Positions 14,015 through 28,500 of a stretch of 64,000 nucleotides of DNA are shown piece by piece (position 1 is the first letter of the stretch; every line of letters starts with the position of its first letter). The notes under the pieces are model-generated. The model worked only from the letters and a program-made list of their open reading frames with translations. It was not told the origin of the DNA and searched no databases. The DNA comes from Hyaloraphidium curvatum SAG 235-1 (Eukaryota > Fungi > Monoblepharomycota). The stretch is from assembly GCA_025558095.1 (NCBI GenBank), contig JAIVFI010000016.1, positions 310,001 to 374,000 of the forward strand, read 5' to 3'. The translations under genes and the position numbers were made by a program.

Positions 14015-17000
14015 CTATGCCAGAGTCGACCTGCGAATCACGGTTAAATTGTGATCGGAGGCACCAAAGCTTTTGCCGCTACCTTTGTCCAACCGCTGGG
14101 GGCCGTCCCGCGTCGCGTCCCCCCAGGAACTCGTCGTACCTGGCATCGGTGTGAGCACGTTCCGCCTGGTGAAGGTTCCATACCTACACGCGTTCCAAAC
14201 GTTCGCGTTCCTGCCGCGGCACGGACGGTCGGGTCGTCTTGAAAGCCTCGTCAATGTGGTGGTCGCGGACCAGAACCTAGTGGTGTTTGCGTAAGCAAGT
14301 CAGCGAAGGCCTCCAACCCGGCGAAATCGCCGACCGTTTCTCGTGCTGTGCTCGCCACATCGCGGCTCTGAGATCCCTGATCGACGTTCCTGCTAATGGA
14401 GTGAAGCTAAGGCGAACAAGCTGTGAGCACGACTCTAGACACGATCTCGAAATTGCGCACCCTATTCTCCAGGTAGCCGCGTTCCGCTGCCGTCATTCGC
14501 GAGCGTTGACCGTCACTATTGCGGGATGCAATTGCGACCGAGAACTCCAGCTGCTTCTCCGCGGACGGGGAAGCTTCCTTCTTTTCCGCCACGGGTGCGT
14601 CGATTCCTTCGTGGATGGCCAGCAGATGGGCATTGTACAAGAGAGCTTGCAGATCGGCCCCGGAATAGTCGGTCGTTTTTGCGGCCCAAGCGCCGAGATC
14701 GACGTCCGGGGCGAGGGCGAGCTTCGCAGCAACGGCCTGCAGGATCTAAAGGAGAGATGTAGCGCCCTGTCGGCCGGTGATGAATTCTCCCCCACCTCGG
14801 CCCTTTCGCCTTCGTCCGGCATTCCGCAAAGCAGGCTCTTGTCTAGACGGCCCGGCCGGAGCAATGCGGGGTCGATGAGGTCTGGACGGCTCGTTGCGGC
14901 CAAAACGTAGACTCCCTCGACCTTTTCGGCTCCATCCATTTGTGTCAACAGCTGGTTGACGACCCTGTCTGTGACGCCAGTGTTGTCGTGCCCACTGGGA
15001 CCGGGACGTTGGGATCATTGCAACAGGTATCACGCGATCACTGCCCACCGGCGAGGCGCGATGGCATCGAACTCGTCAAAAAAGAGAACGCATGGCTTTG
15101 CGGCCTGCGCTCGCTCGAAAAGATCGCGCACCTGATTGCGTGGTCAGCTCTTCCCCTCGTTGGAGGCGGGTCGTGGCTCACCCCGGCTTCACTTGCACCA
15201 ATGTACTTGTTCAAAATCTCCGGACCCTTCACGCTGATGAAGTTGAGCCCGCATTCCTTTGCTACCGCGGACGCAAGCATCGTTTTGCCGCACCCAGGGA
15301 ACCCGTATAGGAGCAAGCTGGCCAAGCGCGTGAGAAAGGTTGAGGTGCCGAACCAAGCAAACGAGGCGCACCCTGACCGCAACCGCAAAGGGCAGTTGGC
15401 AAAGATGGCCGCATACTTCGTGGGCCACTCAAACGTCTCCTTCAGCGCCCGCCGGGTCTCCGTGAGCCCTGATCGAAAGAACGTCACTAAAGACTCCCTC
15501 GTCGGGGGCAGCAAACCCAGCCCACCACCAATGTCGGACCATGATACGTCGGAAGTTTGCAGCTTGACTCCTCGCAACGAGGACGGCACGTAACCTTCTT
15601 GCGCCGCGCGGAAGTCTTCCTGCTGCAGCATGAGTTGCCCTGCCTCGAGCTCTTCCACCGTAGAATTGGACAGCTGGAGCAGCTGGCGCATCGTGGCTGC
15701 CTGCAGAGCCCGTTCCACGAGGGTTCGGAGGTCGCTGGCGAGATAGCCTTCCGTGGATGAACAGATGTCTACCAGGTCGAGATGCGGAAGGCTCTGCGAA
15801 AGGACCTTGGTTCCCGAGGAAAGGACAGCCTCCAAAATCTGCGAAGAGTTAGGCTTAACCAGCCCATGGTCAGGGCGATAGCAGCGGAACTGACCTCACG
15901 TCGCTGCTTCTTCGACGGCGGCAACAGATGGACGACCTCGTCGAAGACGCGGTTCTCGGCAAGCGTTGCGTTCAGTGACGCCTGGCTCTGCGCTGTGGCG
16001 ATCACCACAAGCTCGTACTTCTCCATGGCTTCCCGCGCCATGTCGCAAAACAGCTCGGATGCCTGCCGATACCGGCTCGAATCCATGTGCTGCGGCTGCG
16101 TGAGCGGGAGGGGTCGGCGCGTAGTGGAACGTAACATACCTCTTGCTCCGCCATTAGAAGCCGGTCCAAATTGTCGAACGCCACTATCGACGGCGCCCGG
16201 AAACTGGCCTCCTGCAAGATCTCCCGGAGCGTCTCTTTGAGGTTCGACACTGGTTCGTCCGCAAAGGCTCCGCATTCGACCAGGCGGCAATCTTCAGAAA
16301 ATGAGGAAGGCGACTTGCCGTGCAGTGCTTGGGCACTCACTCGCAAGCACTTGCCGGGATCGACTCATTTCGTAGAAGAGTGCCTCCAACAACGCCGTCT
16401 TGCCAGACCCGTGTGCCCCGTACAAAAGCACCCCGCCGATTCCTGCAAATACCCTACTGTCAGACGCAGGGAGCCGTTGCCGCCGCCTTCCTCACCTGGC
16501 GCCTTCAGCTGGCTTCGCAGCTCTCTGCAGCCGAGTCGGATGCGGATGTAGTCCCGGAGCTGTTGCCTCAACGTTTCGACACCACCCAGAATGGGTTCGA
16601 CGTCAACGTCGGGCCTGCTCAATCAAAGCTGTTAGGCGCCTTTAGCTGGGGGGAGGAAAGAGCAAAGCACGCACGGGTTCTGCTCCTCCTCAGCCATGTG
16701 CATGTCCGCACCAAGGTCCAGGGGTATTCGCGTTGCAGAGGCGCCATCGACCACGGTGTATAGCGCAACATCGTCCTGAACATTCGCCTTCGCCGCCTGC
16801 GGGAGCTTGCCCTCCAACAGGAACACGTACGACGACAAACGTCCGTCCCTCGCCGGATCCGGAAGACTAATCCTTTGGCCGTCGTTCAAAACCGTGCCCA
16901 GAGAGGCGGAAGCAAATGCGTCACGCGCGCTTCCAACAAAGCGTTTGGCCTGCTCTTCGGCCAGTTTGGCTCCTTTCCCACTAAAAATAGCAAGAAAGCC

Positions 17001-18424
17001 TTTGAGAACAGAGCGCAGGACCAACACAGCTGCATCTCACCTCAGGACGATGGATCTGGACGATCCCTTCGATATCCGGCGGGCCACCAGCTTGGAGACC
17101 TTTAGCGGCTGGCCAACGGGAAAAGACAGGCTGGACGGCGAAGTAAGAACGGGTTTAAGCACCAGGTCGGTAGGGGCAAGCAACTAACCGCAGCCGATCA
17201 AAGCTCCCGATGCCGAGCTGCACCCGTGCCTCCCGTGATACACCGACGTGATCCCTCGGGACGTCGGCCGAGGGTCGTACCCTCACATGCAGTCCAGGTA
17301 GCCTTGGAGGCTTCGCTCCTTCGTCCTCTTTGCGCCTTTCTCCCGTGGATCCTTCGGCGGCGCTCTTTTGGCGCTCGGTCGCGTCCAGCTCGTCCAAAGC
17401 ATCCCGCTCCGGGGCAACGGCAGGAGACAGGTAGAACACAGTGCTCGGTTCCCAGGATCCGCAGAGCTGTTGCAGATTCGCCGGATGGCACGAGATCACC
17501 ACGCTGGGTCCGTCCAAGGGCCGCGCATCCAAGTCTCGCAGGTACTCTCTAGGGAACGAACGCAGCTCCAGCGCTACCCCGTCCGCAGCGGATCCGTTCG
17601 CAGAGTCCGACACTCCGGCGCCAAAAACTTCCTTTGGAGCGCTCGATGAGGAAGCGCGCTGCTTTGGTGCCACGATGACCTCCACATCGTTGTCCAGACG
17701 GACGCAGCGCGCAACGGGGTCGGTCTCGACTGAGGGGAGTTTAAGCACGCTCACTGGCCAGCGGCCGCGCGGATTCCCACCGACTCTCAACGTGATCGGG
17801 GTCTGCCCTCGGCCCCAGACCGACATGAGCTGTCCCGCTGACACGACACGGACCTGGCTCAGCAGCTGCTCTTCCAAATACCCCGCCTGGAGCTCCAGTA
17901 TCTCCCAGTCGTCCTCCGTTGCGGGCTCCACATGTACGCGGCTGCCCCGAACGGCGTTCTTGACAAACTCCACGGATACCTGCGAGGAGCTCGTTGGGGG
18001 CCGATGTGGAACCTCCGAAGGCGCTAACGTGCCTTCTGGCCGTCCTGAAGCCCCAGGCCCTTCCCAAAGAATGAATCGAGCTCAATGAGTTGGTGCGTCA
18101 CGTTGGTTGGGCCCCCGCTGGCCTCAGACTTGAGAATGGGAGGCAGGGTTCCGGCTCCGGAGGATCCCCCGGCCCAGCCGACGTAGGCCGTGTTCCGCTT
18201 CGCTTCCTTCCCATCGGCCGAGGGAGTGCTCCACGAGAGCTCCAGCACCACATCGTTTGAGCGGAGGTCCTGTCGCGTTCGGGCTGCGAGCTAAGCGGTG
18301 ACCAGAGTCTCCCAACCAGAGAAGGCACCTTTCTCGTGTCCCACAGGGCATTGACCCAAGCCGGCGGCAGGTTCGCGAACCCGCTCTTGATGCTCGGCGA
18401 GAATCGGACCTGCGCGATCGGCAT
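14015..18424 (-). CDS. PEX1: Peroxisomal AAA ATPase Pex1; multi-exon
   Basis: N-domain [30 protein letters not shown]; D1 Walker A GAHGSGKT; D2 [73 protein letters not shown]; spliced C-terminus QRSTLA*. Confidence 0.95.
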
Positions 18425-18693
18425 GGTCTTGGCTTCGCACGCGTTTTGTTGAGGGGCGCTGATCGGGCCGGCGCGGCGCACGCGCGCGCGGCTTTGCGGT
18501 GGAGGAAGCGAACCCTGACCACAAACAAGAATCGTCGCGCCGATTCCAAGCACCGATTCGCTTCGGAGGGGCCCGGAGATTTGATTGCGGTGTTTGCATT
18601 TCTCGACGCACCCGCGAGCCGGCCGGCCAACTTGGCGGACGCGTCCTGCTGCCGAGCACACCTCCGCCACCGCCCGAGTCGCGCCACGCTCCA

Positions 18694-21080
<2,387 letters not shown>

Positions 21081-21181
21081 TGGACGGAATCCTTGAAGCT
21101 GCAATCACTTGCTTGTATTTTTGGCTTATACATCGGTCCCCTTGGGCGATCGGAACTCGATGCCATCTTGGGACCGACATT

Positions 21182-22498
21182 CTACTTCAGCTCGCCGCTC
21201 GCGGAGATCACGATGCGCTTCTTGGTCTTGCCCGACTGGGAACCAAGGGCCTCGATCTTGTTGACCACGTCCATGCCCTCGGTGACGCTGCCGCTGTGTG
21301 CCAAAAACGGTCAGCACGACGACACCATTGCCATCTCGGGACATACAAAACGACGTGCTTGCCATCTAGTTTACGAGGCAGCGTTAGTATAGTCTGGTTC
21401 GATGCTCCGACAAGTGCCCAAATACCCACCAAGCCAGGGAGTAGACACGGTGCAAATAAAGAACTGTGACCCGTTCGTGTTGGGCCCCGCGTTGGCCATC
21501 GAAAGGATGCCGGGCCCGGTGTGCTTCAGAGTGAAGTTCTGTTGCGGAAGCTGTGAGCATGGACCGAACAGCATCTCCCGTTCGTGCTCGAACCTCGTCG
21601 GCGAACTGCAGACTGAGTCAGAATGATGTCAGCAAACTTAAAGAACGCGGACCCACCTTGTTACCGTAGATGCTCTAAGCCACCACGGGGTGCTATGAGT
21701 AACCCAAACAGCCAACCAGAGTAGATGAGACAAACCTTTCCGCCGGTTCTAGTAAGGGACGGATTGGTTCAAACGGCGGTAAACCCCTCGTGACAGACTC
21801 ACTCACCCGTTGTGGTTCGTGAAATCACCTCCCTGTAGAAGCGCTTTCGGGTCAACGGGACCTCCCGAAAGCACGCCTAGATCCAACCTGAAGCATGAAC
21901 TGCGGGATCACACGGTGGAAGGTCGACCCCTGGTATCCGAAGCCCTTCTCGCCGGTGCAGAGGGCGCGCTGGCTCTTCACATCAGACTCGTCGCAGCAAG
22001 AGAAGACGCGATACTCACGAAGCTGGAACGTCAACGATGCCACGGAGTTATGACTCGTCAACATAACGGTCAACGGATGACCCTGGATCACGTACTCTGC
22101 ACAGGGATCGATCGTAGATTAGATGGGAAGGGGGCGATTGACCCGAATAACTCACTCTCCGCCGTCTTCGGGGTGACATCGGAGCGCAGCTTGAGGAGAG
22201 ACGCGTTCAGACGACCTCAGCAAGACGTCCGCCACGCGCATCCTGACCTCCATCACGATGCGACCGAGCGGAGCTCCATCGGCAGTCACGTCAAAGAACA
22301 CTGATCGCGTGATGGCGAGGCGAGGTCACCGAAGGTGGTCCGGTTCAGACGAACAGGGTCCATCGCATCAAAACCGCGGAGAAGCAGTCAGAGCGCGCAG
22401 GACAGTTGAGGCAAAGATTCAAATCCACCCTTGGGCTTGGACATGGCGGCGGAATAAGCGCGGACGAAAGGGGCGACGCGAGTGGAAGCGCGGAACAT
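21182..22498 (-). CDS. Cyclophilin A/D-type peptidyl-prolyl isomerase with an 18-aa mitochondrial-type presequence and a second in-frame ATG at 22444; 12 introns with microexons of 1, 4, 12, 13, 18 and 19 nt
   Basis: Spliced product: [183 protein letters not shown]. Confidence 0.95.
22096..22096 (-). other. Single-nucleotide exon (A) of the cyclophilin gene
   Basis: The minus strand reads ...tgtgcag|A|gtacgt... between introns 22155-22097 and 22095-22023. It is required to build AAC (Asn) in KTAENFRAL. Confidence 0.85.
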
Positions 22499-22575
22499 CA
22501 AACAGCCAAGGGCTTTCGAGTTCGTGCTCTCGGTCGTCTCGCGGCGTTCGGGGGATCTTCCAAAGGGTCGCGAGG

Positions 22576-25500
22576 CTACACCGCGGCGAGCAGGGCTACT
22601 CCTCGCTCTACCCAATGGTCCGGCGGCATCGACGTGCGCAGCTCGACCTCCATCACGAAGTTCTGATCCGTTCTGCGCGGGCTGGCACCAATCGACGTGT
22701 CAGAGCAGACATCACGAGGCTTGTTGGAGGACTCACCGCTTGTACACCGGGCACCTGTAGACTTTGGGATCGGGTTCCGCGGTCGACACGGTGCAACCGA
22801 CCAGCACAACAGGCAAGGCGGTGTGTATGACCTTTGGAAGGCTTTCGCACAGGCTGGCGGGGTTTTCAGTCCGGCTGCCATCCTGCACAGGCAGCGCGAC
22901 ACTTACCGGCCGGATCGCTTGTCGAAGCCTGCACCTTCCAGCTGCAAACCGCACACGTACACGCCCTCGGGCGGGGGTCCCGTGATCTCTTCCTTCATCT
23001 GCTTGGTCACTTCGGTGGTGAGCTGGGGAACTGGTCAGCTCAATCCCGTGCACGTTTTGCCGCCGACGAACCTTCACCAAGTCGAGCGCCCATCCGTCAT
23101 GCTGCCGAGTCATCTCCTGCTTCACACCGGTGAGGAAGCCCACGGGATTGAAGAAGAGGCCGATGTTGTAGCAGGCAGGGCGCCCGTCTTGAAGCCAAGC
23201 CTGGAGCTGTGCAGTCCTGTTCGAGCGAAAATTTAGGACAACGAATGAAGGAGAGCCAGGCAATGGGACTACCTCTGGGTGAGCTCCATGAACCACGATC
23301 CCAGTCCAGCGCTCTCCCAAGACACGCGGAGCCAGCTCGGCGGTGTTTTGGCATCAAAAAGGGCGTCAAGGACCTGCTGGATGGGTGTGCTGAGCACGAT
23401 GACACCCTCGATGGCGAGCTTCAGGTCTTTCAAGCTTGAGCGGACCAGCGAAAGGACAGCTTGCAACCGGCTGATTTCTTGAGAAAGGAATATCGTAAGG
23501 GGCTTGGTGGCCCCTTGTTTCTGCAATCCAGTCTTCACTGCAGCTGGCTGGAAGTCATTGGGCAGCTTGGATACCAGATCATTGAGAATGTCCAAGACTG
23601 CCTCCTCTCGGGTCTTGCCAGACGATCCTACGTTGTCTTTTGGCTGAATCTCCCTGTGCAGCCGAAAAGGGTGAGCCGGAGATCCGCTCCGCACCTGACA
23701 TGCACCCTACAAGACTTTCCCGAGAAGATCATTGCTCTCCTTCAGTGAGAAGGCCATATCAGCATTGGAATGCAGACCAAACACTTCCGTGGAGTCCAAC
23801 AGTGGCATGGCCTCGATGTTCTTGCGGAAGGTCAATATCTCCCTGCAGTCCAGGTCAGTGCTCAATCCATATGTACCACCGACCGCCATGGATGCATACT
23901 CTGCAGATGATGAGATCTGGTAGCCTGGTGCAACTGCATAGCTCGTGGCCATGGTGAAGTCTCCAAAGAGCTTGGTGCCATAGGTGTTGAGCAACCGCCT
24001 GTCATAATCATCTGTCACCCTGCCTCCATAGAACACCTCACAGATCATGTAACGGATGGTCTGAAGGGAGCAAGTAAGAGGTTACTCATATGAACAGGTG
24101 TGCCTGTGCTGCAGTAGAGGAACCTACGGCCCAATCAACAGTTCCCTTGGGTGGAAGTTCATCGAAGTGCGTCTGAACAAAAAGGATGCTAGCTGCAAGA
24201 TCAGCCTGGTTGAACTCGTACTGGTGGAAGCGGGAAGGAACAGATCCAGCTCACTGTGTACAAACTTTCACTGGGAGCTTTGCTTACTGGAATAGCCCAT
24301 CCAAGTGGTCCAAACTTCCTCCGTTCCTGGATAATGGAATGCAGGAATGCAACAGAGCACAGCGTTGGCTTGTACTGGGGCCTGGGGCTAATGTCCAGAG
24401 CATCTTGAGTCAGAGTCTGGAAAGTCCTCTGCAGACCAGCCCGGAGGCCCTGGGGTGCTTCACAAGTAAACTTGAGGGATCTATGCAGCAAGTCCGCCGG
24501 GAAGGCTGGGTTGGCTTCTGTTGTGATCCAAAGACGGAAGTTCTCGTTGACAGGGCTTGCAGTAGCAAGCAAGGGGCCGATCTCCTGCATGAACTGGATT
24601 CCAAGGTGGCAATTCTGTAAGAGAACCCAACCACCTGATTGCATCATGGCAGAAAGGATCCTGCGTGCGTGAATCTAGTGCAGATGTTTGCAGGGAAGGG
24701 AAGGAGTGAGATACTTGAAAGGGTGTTCCTGAGATCCAACTCACCTCCTGTCCTTGACCCATGGAGATGGCTTTGATCTCCATTCTCATCCTTTTGCTGA
24801 GTGCCTCGATGTCGGATGATGGATCTGCTCCGGGTGAAAGCAAGCCAATCAAAGGTGTCTCGGGCCTGGACTCCCCAAGTAGAGCCTCCAGTTCAAGCAC
24901 TTGAGATGTAATGTAGTGTGAACCCTGGGCAAAAACTTTAGCTCGGGCCAGACCTCTGCAGCCGGAAGTCTGACCATGGAAGACTCGACGTACTGCTTTG
25001 CTGCAGCTATGGTCCTGTCTGGAGAGAACGACCGAACAAGCACAAACTTTTGAAAGGGCGTGAGAGCTGCAAGGGCAGAGCCAGGAAATGCATCGCTTTC
25101 TGGAGAGTCACGCTCAAGCCACATGCGCCATGACTTCTCGTTCTTGATGACGAGTCCAAGAAGGTCCGCAAACTGAGGCAGCTTGCTCAAAGCAACCAAG
25201 TTCAGCCAGGTAACGTCTGAAGGATCATGAGCTTAACACAACGCTATGCAAGCAGTCCCTCTCACCCTGAATCCAGGTATAGGGTTTCTTCACCACGGCA
25301 TTGATGTCCAGTGCGGCTCCTCCCCGGAGCAGCAAGTAGAACTCTTCAAAGGAGACGGTTCCCATAGCAAGATCCCGCTTGATTGCAAGTAGAAATGTGA
25401 AGAGCAGCTTGTCACGTTCGTAAAGCCCTCTGAGAATATATCTGTGTGTGCTCCGTGTAAGGTCGTCCAAAATGCCAGCAACCCGCTTTGTGGTGACTGG

Positions 25501-28500
25501 TGAAGCTGCACTGTGATCCATAGAGCCGTCAAAGAGTTGCATGAATTGGTGCAGCGAGACCTGGTACATTGGATTGATCCCAGCCATGTCCGCAATGATG
25601 GAGAACAGAATGCTACCCTGGGTTGCAACAGGTCTGTAGTCTTCTCGAGCTTCAGTAATCTTGACCTGAGTTTGCACAGCCGTTTTCAGCTTCTCCTGCA
25701 CATCCTCGGATGCTGTCTTGGATTTTGCAAGCACGTCAACCAAAGATGAATCATCAACCAGGGATCCTTGGGTGCTGGAAAGACGTTCAAGGAGGTTGTC
25801 TTCGAGGTCCTTCAGCATCTGCTTATTCCTGCTGATCTCCTCAAGAAGTTTCGTCCGTTCTGTCTCCAACTCTTGCCTCTCATGCAAAATGACACGTCCA
25901 AGAAGCTGTTCTTCCAATCCCTTCGTGGTTACTGCAAAATCAACAACCAGGCACCTGGCAAAAGACTCTGGTGGAAGCTGCGGATTGGGCAGCTTCGTCA
26001 GCAGCACCACAGTAGCACCACCTTGAGGCCATTCCAGTTGCTTGTCACAGAAGTTGACAACGAATCCTCGTCCAACTTTGATCAGGTTTCTGTCCAAAAT
26101 GTCGTTCAGGGACGAATCAATGTCATCGGTGCAATCCTCAATGATCAGAGGAGTATTGGCAGCCAGTGCCGCTTCAACGTCCAGTCTGAACGTCTTTGCC
26201 ACAGTGGTTGTCCATCTAGCAGCTGGGAGATGCTTCAACATCCACCTCTTGGCCTGCCCTTGCGGGTCAATTATGAAAGGGAACTTCGGGCCGTAAGAAA
26301 CAAGTGCCCCGTTCTGGAGAGAAAGATCGTCTGTTGGGAGCCCTTCCAGAGTCCACTGACTGATTGTGCTTTTGTTCACCAGGAAATCAAGAACTGGAAA
26401 CGGTTTGGCGGGACTGCAAGGAATTCCTGATGCACTCAGATCGTTCTGCCATCTTTCCAGCACTTTTGCTCGGAAAGCCTGGTTGTAGGGCCCGCTGTAA
26501 ACCAAGAATGATGCTGCAAGCAGTGCATCTCCAGCTAGCTTGGTGATGGCATCTTCCAGCGCTTTGTGCTCCTGGATCCAACGGGACTGTTCTCCAGAAA
26601 GGCCACTGATGAGCAAAGATGCGGTGTTCATCTTTGTTTTGCAGACGTCGGCCTCCTGTTGCAATGTTTGCTTGGAGGAAATCGCCTCCATGTACTTGGC
26701 ATTTAGCATGTCAACCTCCGCTTGCTTCTCATCCAGTGTTTGCTGCGCTTTGTTCAAATCCGCAGATGCCTGTGCAAGTCTGTGCTCCTGAACTGCCAGG
26801 TTTGCTTTCAATGGGACCACTTTCTTGTTGATCCAATAGTAGTAGGACATTGCCTTGACCCACGTCGCAAGACCTGCCACGTCAGATGACACCTTTTTGG
26901 CCCCTTCAAGGCTGAAGTCGGGCATGTCAAGGTAGGGTTGAATGAGTTCGATTGTTTCCTCGTTCATTTCGTCCTTGGCAAAGTTCAGCAGTGAAGACAA
27001 GAAATCCGCCTGGCTCATGATTTTCAGTGATTCCCCCCACGAGGGTTTCGGGCAAGGCCTCTCAGGATCCTGTGTCACAGGATCTATCCTCTTGCCCTGC
27101 AGGATGAGGACGCAGTCCATGATCCGCATGATGAGATGGGGTGGCTTTGCCAGCTTCTTTATCGTGGATATGTGTGCAGGCTGGATGGAGTTCAAGGCCA
27201 TGGTTGCCTCTTCCAGGGCCGGTCCTGCAGCAAGCAGCTGCTCCTCAGCAATTTGCTTATCTGCCCGGATGCCGTTGGCAATCTCCTCTGCTACCTTTTT
27301 GACCTGCATCACAGAGTCCTTGACGCTTTCTGCAGCAGCAGTCTTCTGGGTGACATCATTGAGCACCAGGTCTGCCCGTCTTGAAGCTTTGCTGATCTCC
27401 ACTTCCTTCACCGAAAGCTCCACTTGCAGCCCATTGATTGATTCGGAAGCTTCAACAAGCTTTCTCAGGCCGCTGCTCATTCTATCTGCAGCTTGCCGCA
27501 GCTCGGCATGCTTCCTTCCGTAGACAGCCAAGTAGCTTTGGAGGAAGGTGATGAACATTTTTGGTGTGACATGTGTTTTTCTCCGGTATTGTTGGTGATA
27601 GAGTTGTGAGCATTCAACCACGACATCGTGGATGTGGGCAGCATGATGGGCAACGGTCGCCACTGGAATGGAGTCTGCAAGAATAGGGAGCTCCCTCAGA
27701 TAGGTAGATGCAACTGCTTCAAGTGCTGTCATAAAGCGGACTGTCAGGGGCAGAACGGAAGTCACGCTGCAACGTGCTGTACTTGCCTTGTTTTGGCCAT
27801 GCGCTGAGCCATATGAGGTTGCACACGCTGAATAAAGCAGGAAACTTGAGGGAGCGAGTCCTAAATGCAGAATTAACGGGTGAAAAACAGAGCACAATGT
27901 GCAGGTTGCTCTTCACTCGTTCCACAAAGAACTTCCAGACTTGCTCAGGAGAATCCGGAATCGTGGGCTTCTCTTGTTGCATCAAGGGCCTGAGCTCGGA
28001 AATGATTGCAAGCACCTCATCCTTGGGATACAACCCCGGAATGTCACCGGATGTGAGCAGCGCATTTACGAGACCAAGGAAACTCTCCTCCTTGATGTCC
28101 CCATCAGTCATCAAGAATGTGACGCCTTTTCCCTCCAACCCTGTCACCCGGCAGAGGATCTTCAGGTCATCCATCAGATTGGTCAGATTGTAGGTTCGTG
28201 TGACGGCAAGTTGAAACAGTTGGTTTCCAGAGATAAAGCTAGCAAGCTTAGCCAATGATTTCTTTCCAGAGCCTCCAACGCCAACAAGCATTGCACTGGC
28301 ACCGGGGTCGCTAAGAATCCTCGTCAGCTTGCAGATGTTCAAGATGGCATCGTCAAAGAACACCAATTTGAGGCCCGGACCTCTGATGGATGCATTGTAC
28401 TTTTCGAGAAGATCCATTAGCCGTGCCCGTAGGATCTCCATACTTTTTGCTGGCCTGTACAGAACTGGGTCAGCACTTGGTGGTTCGTCCCGTGCCTCAG

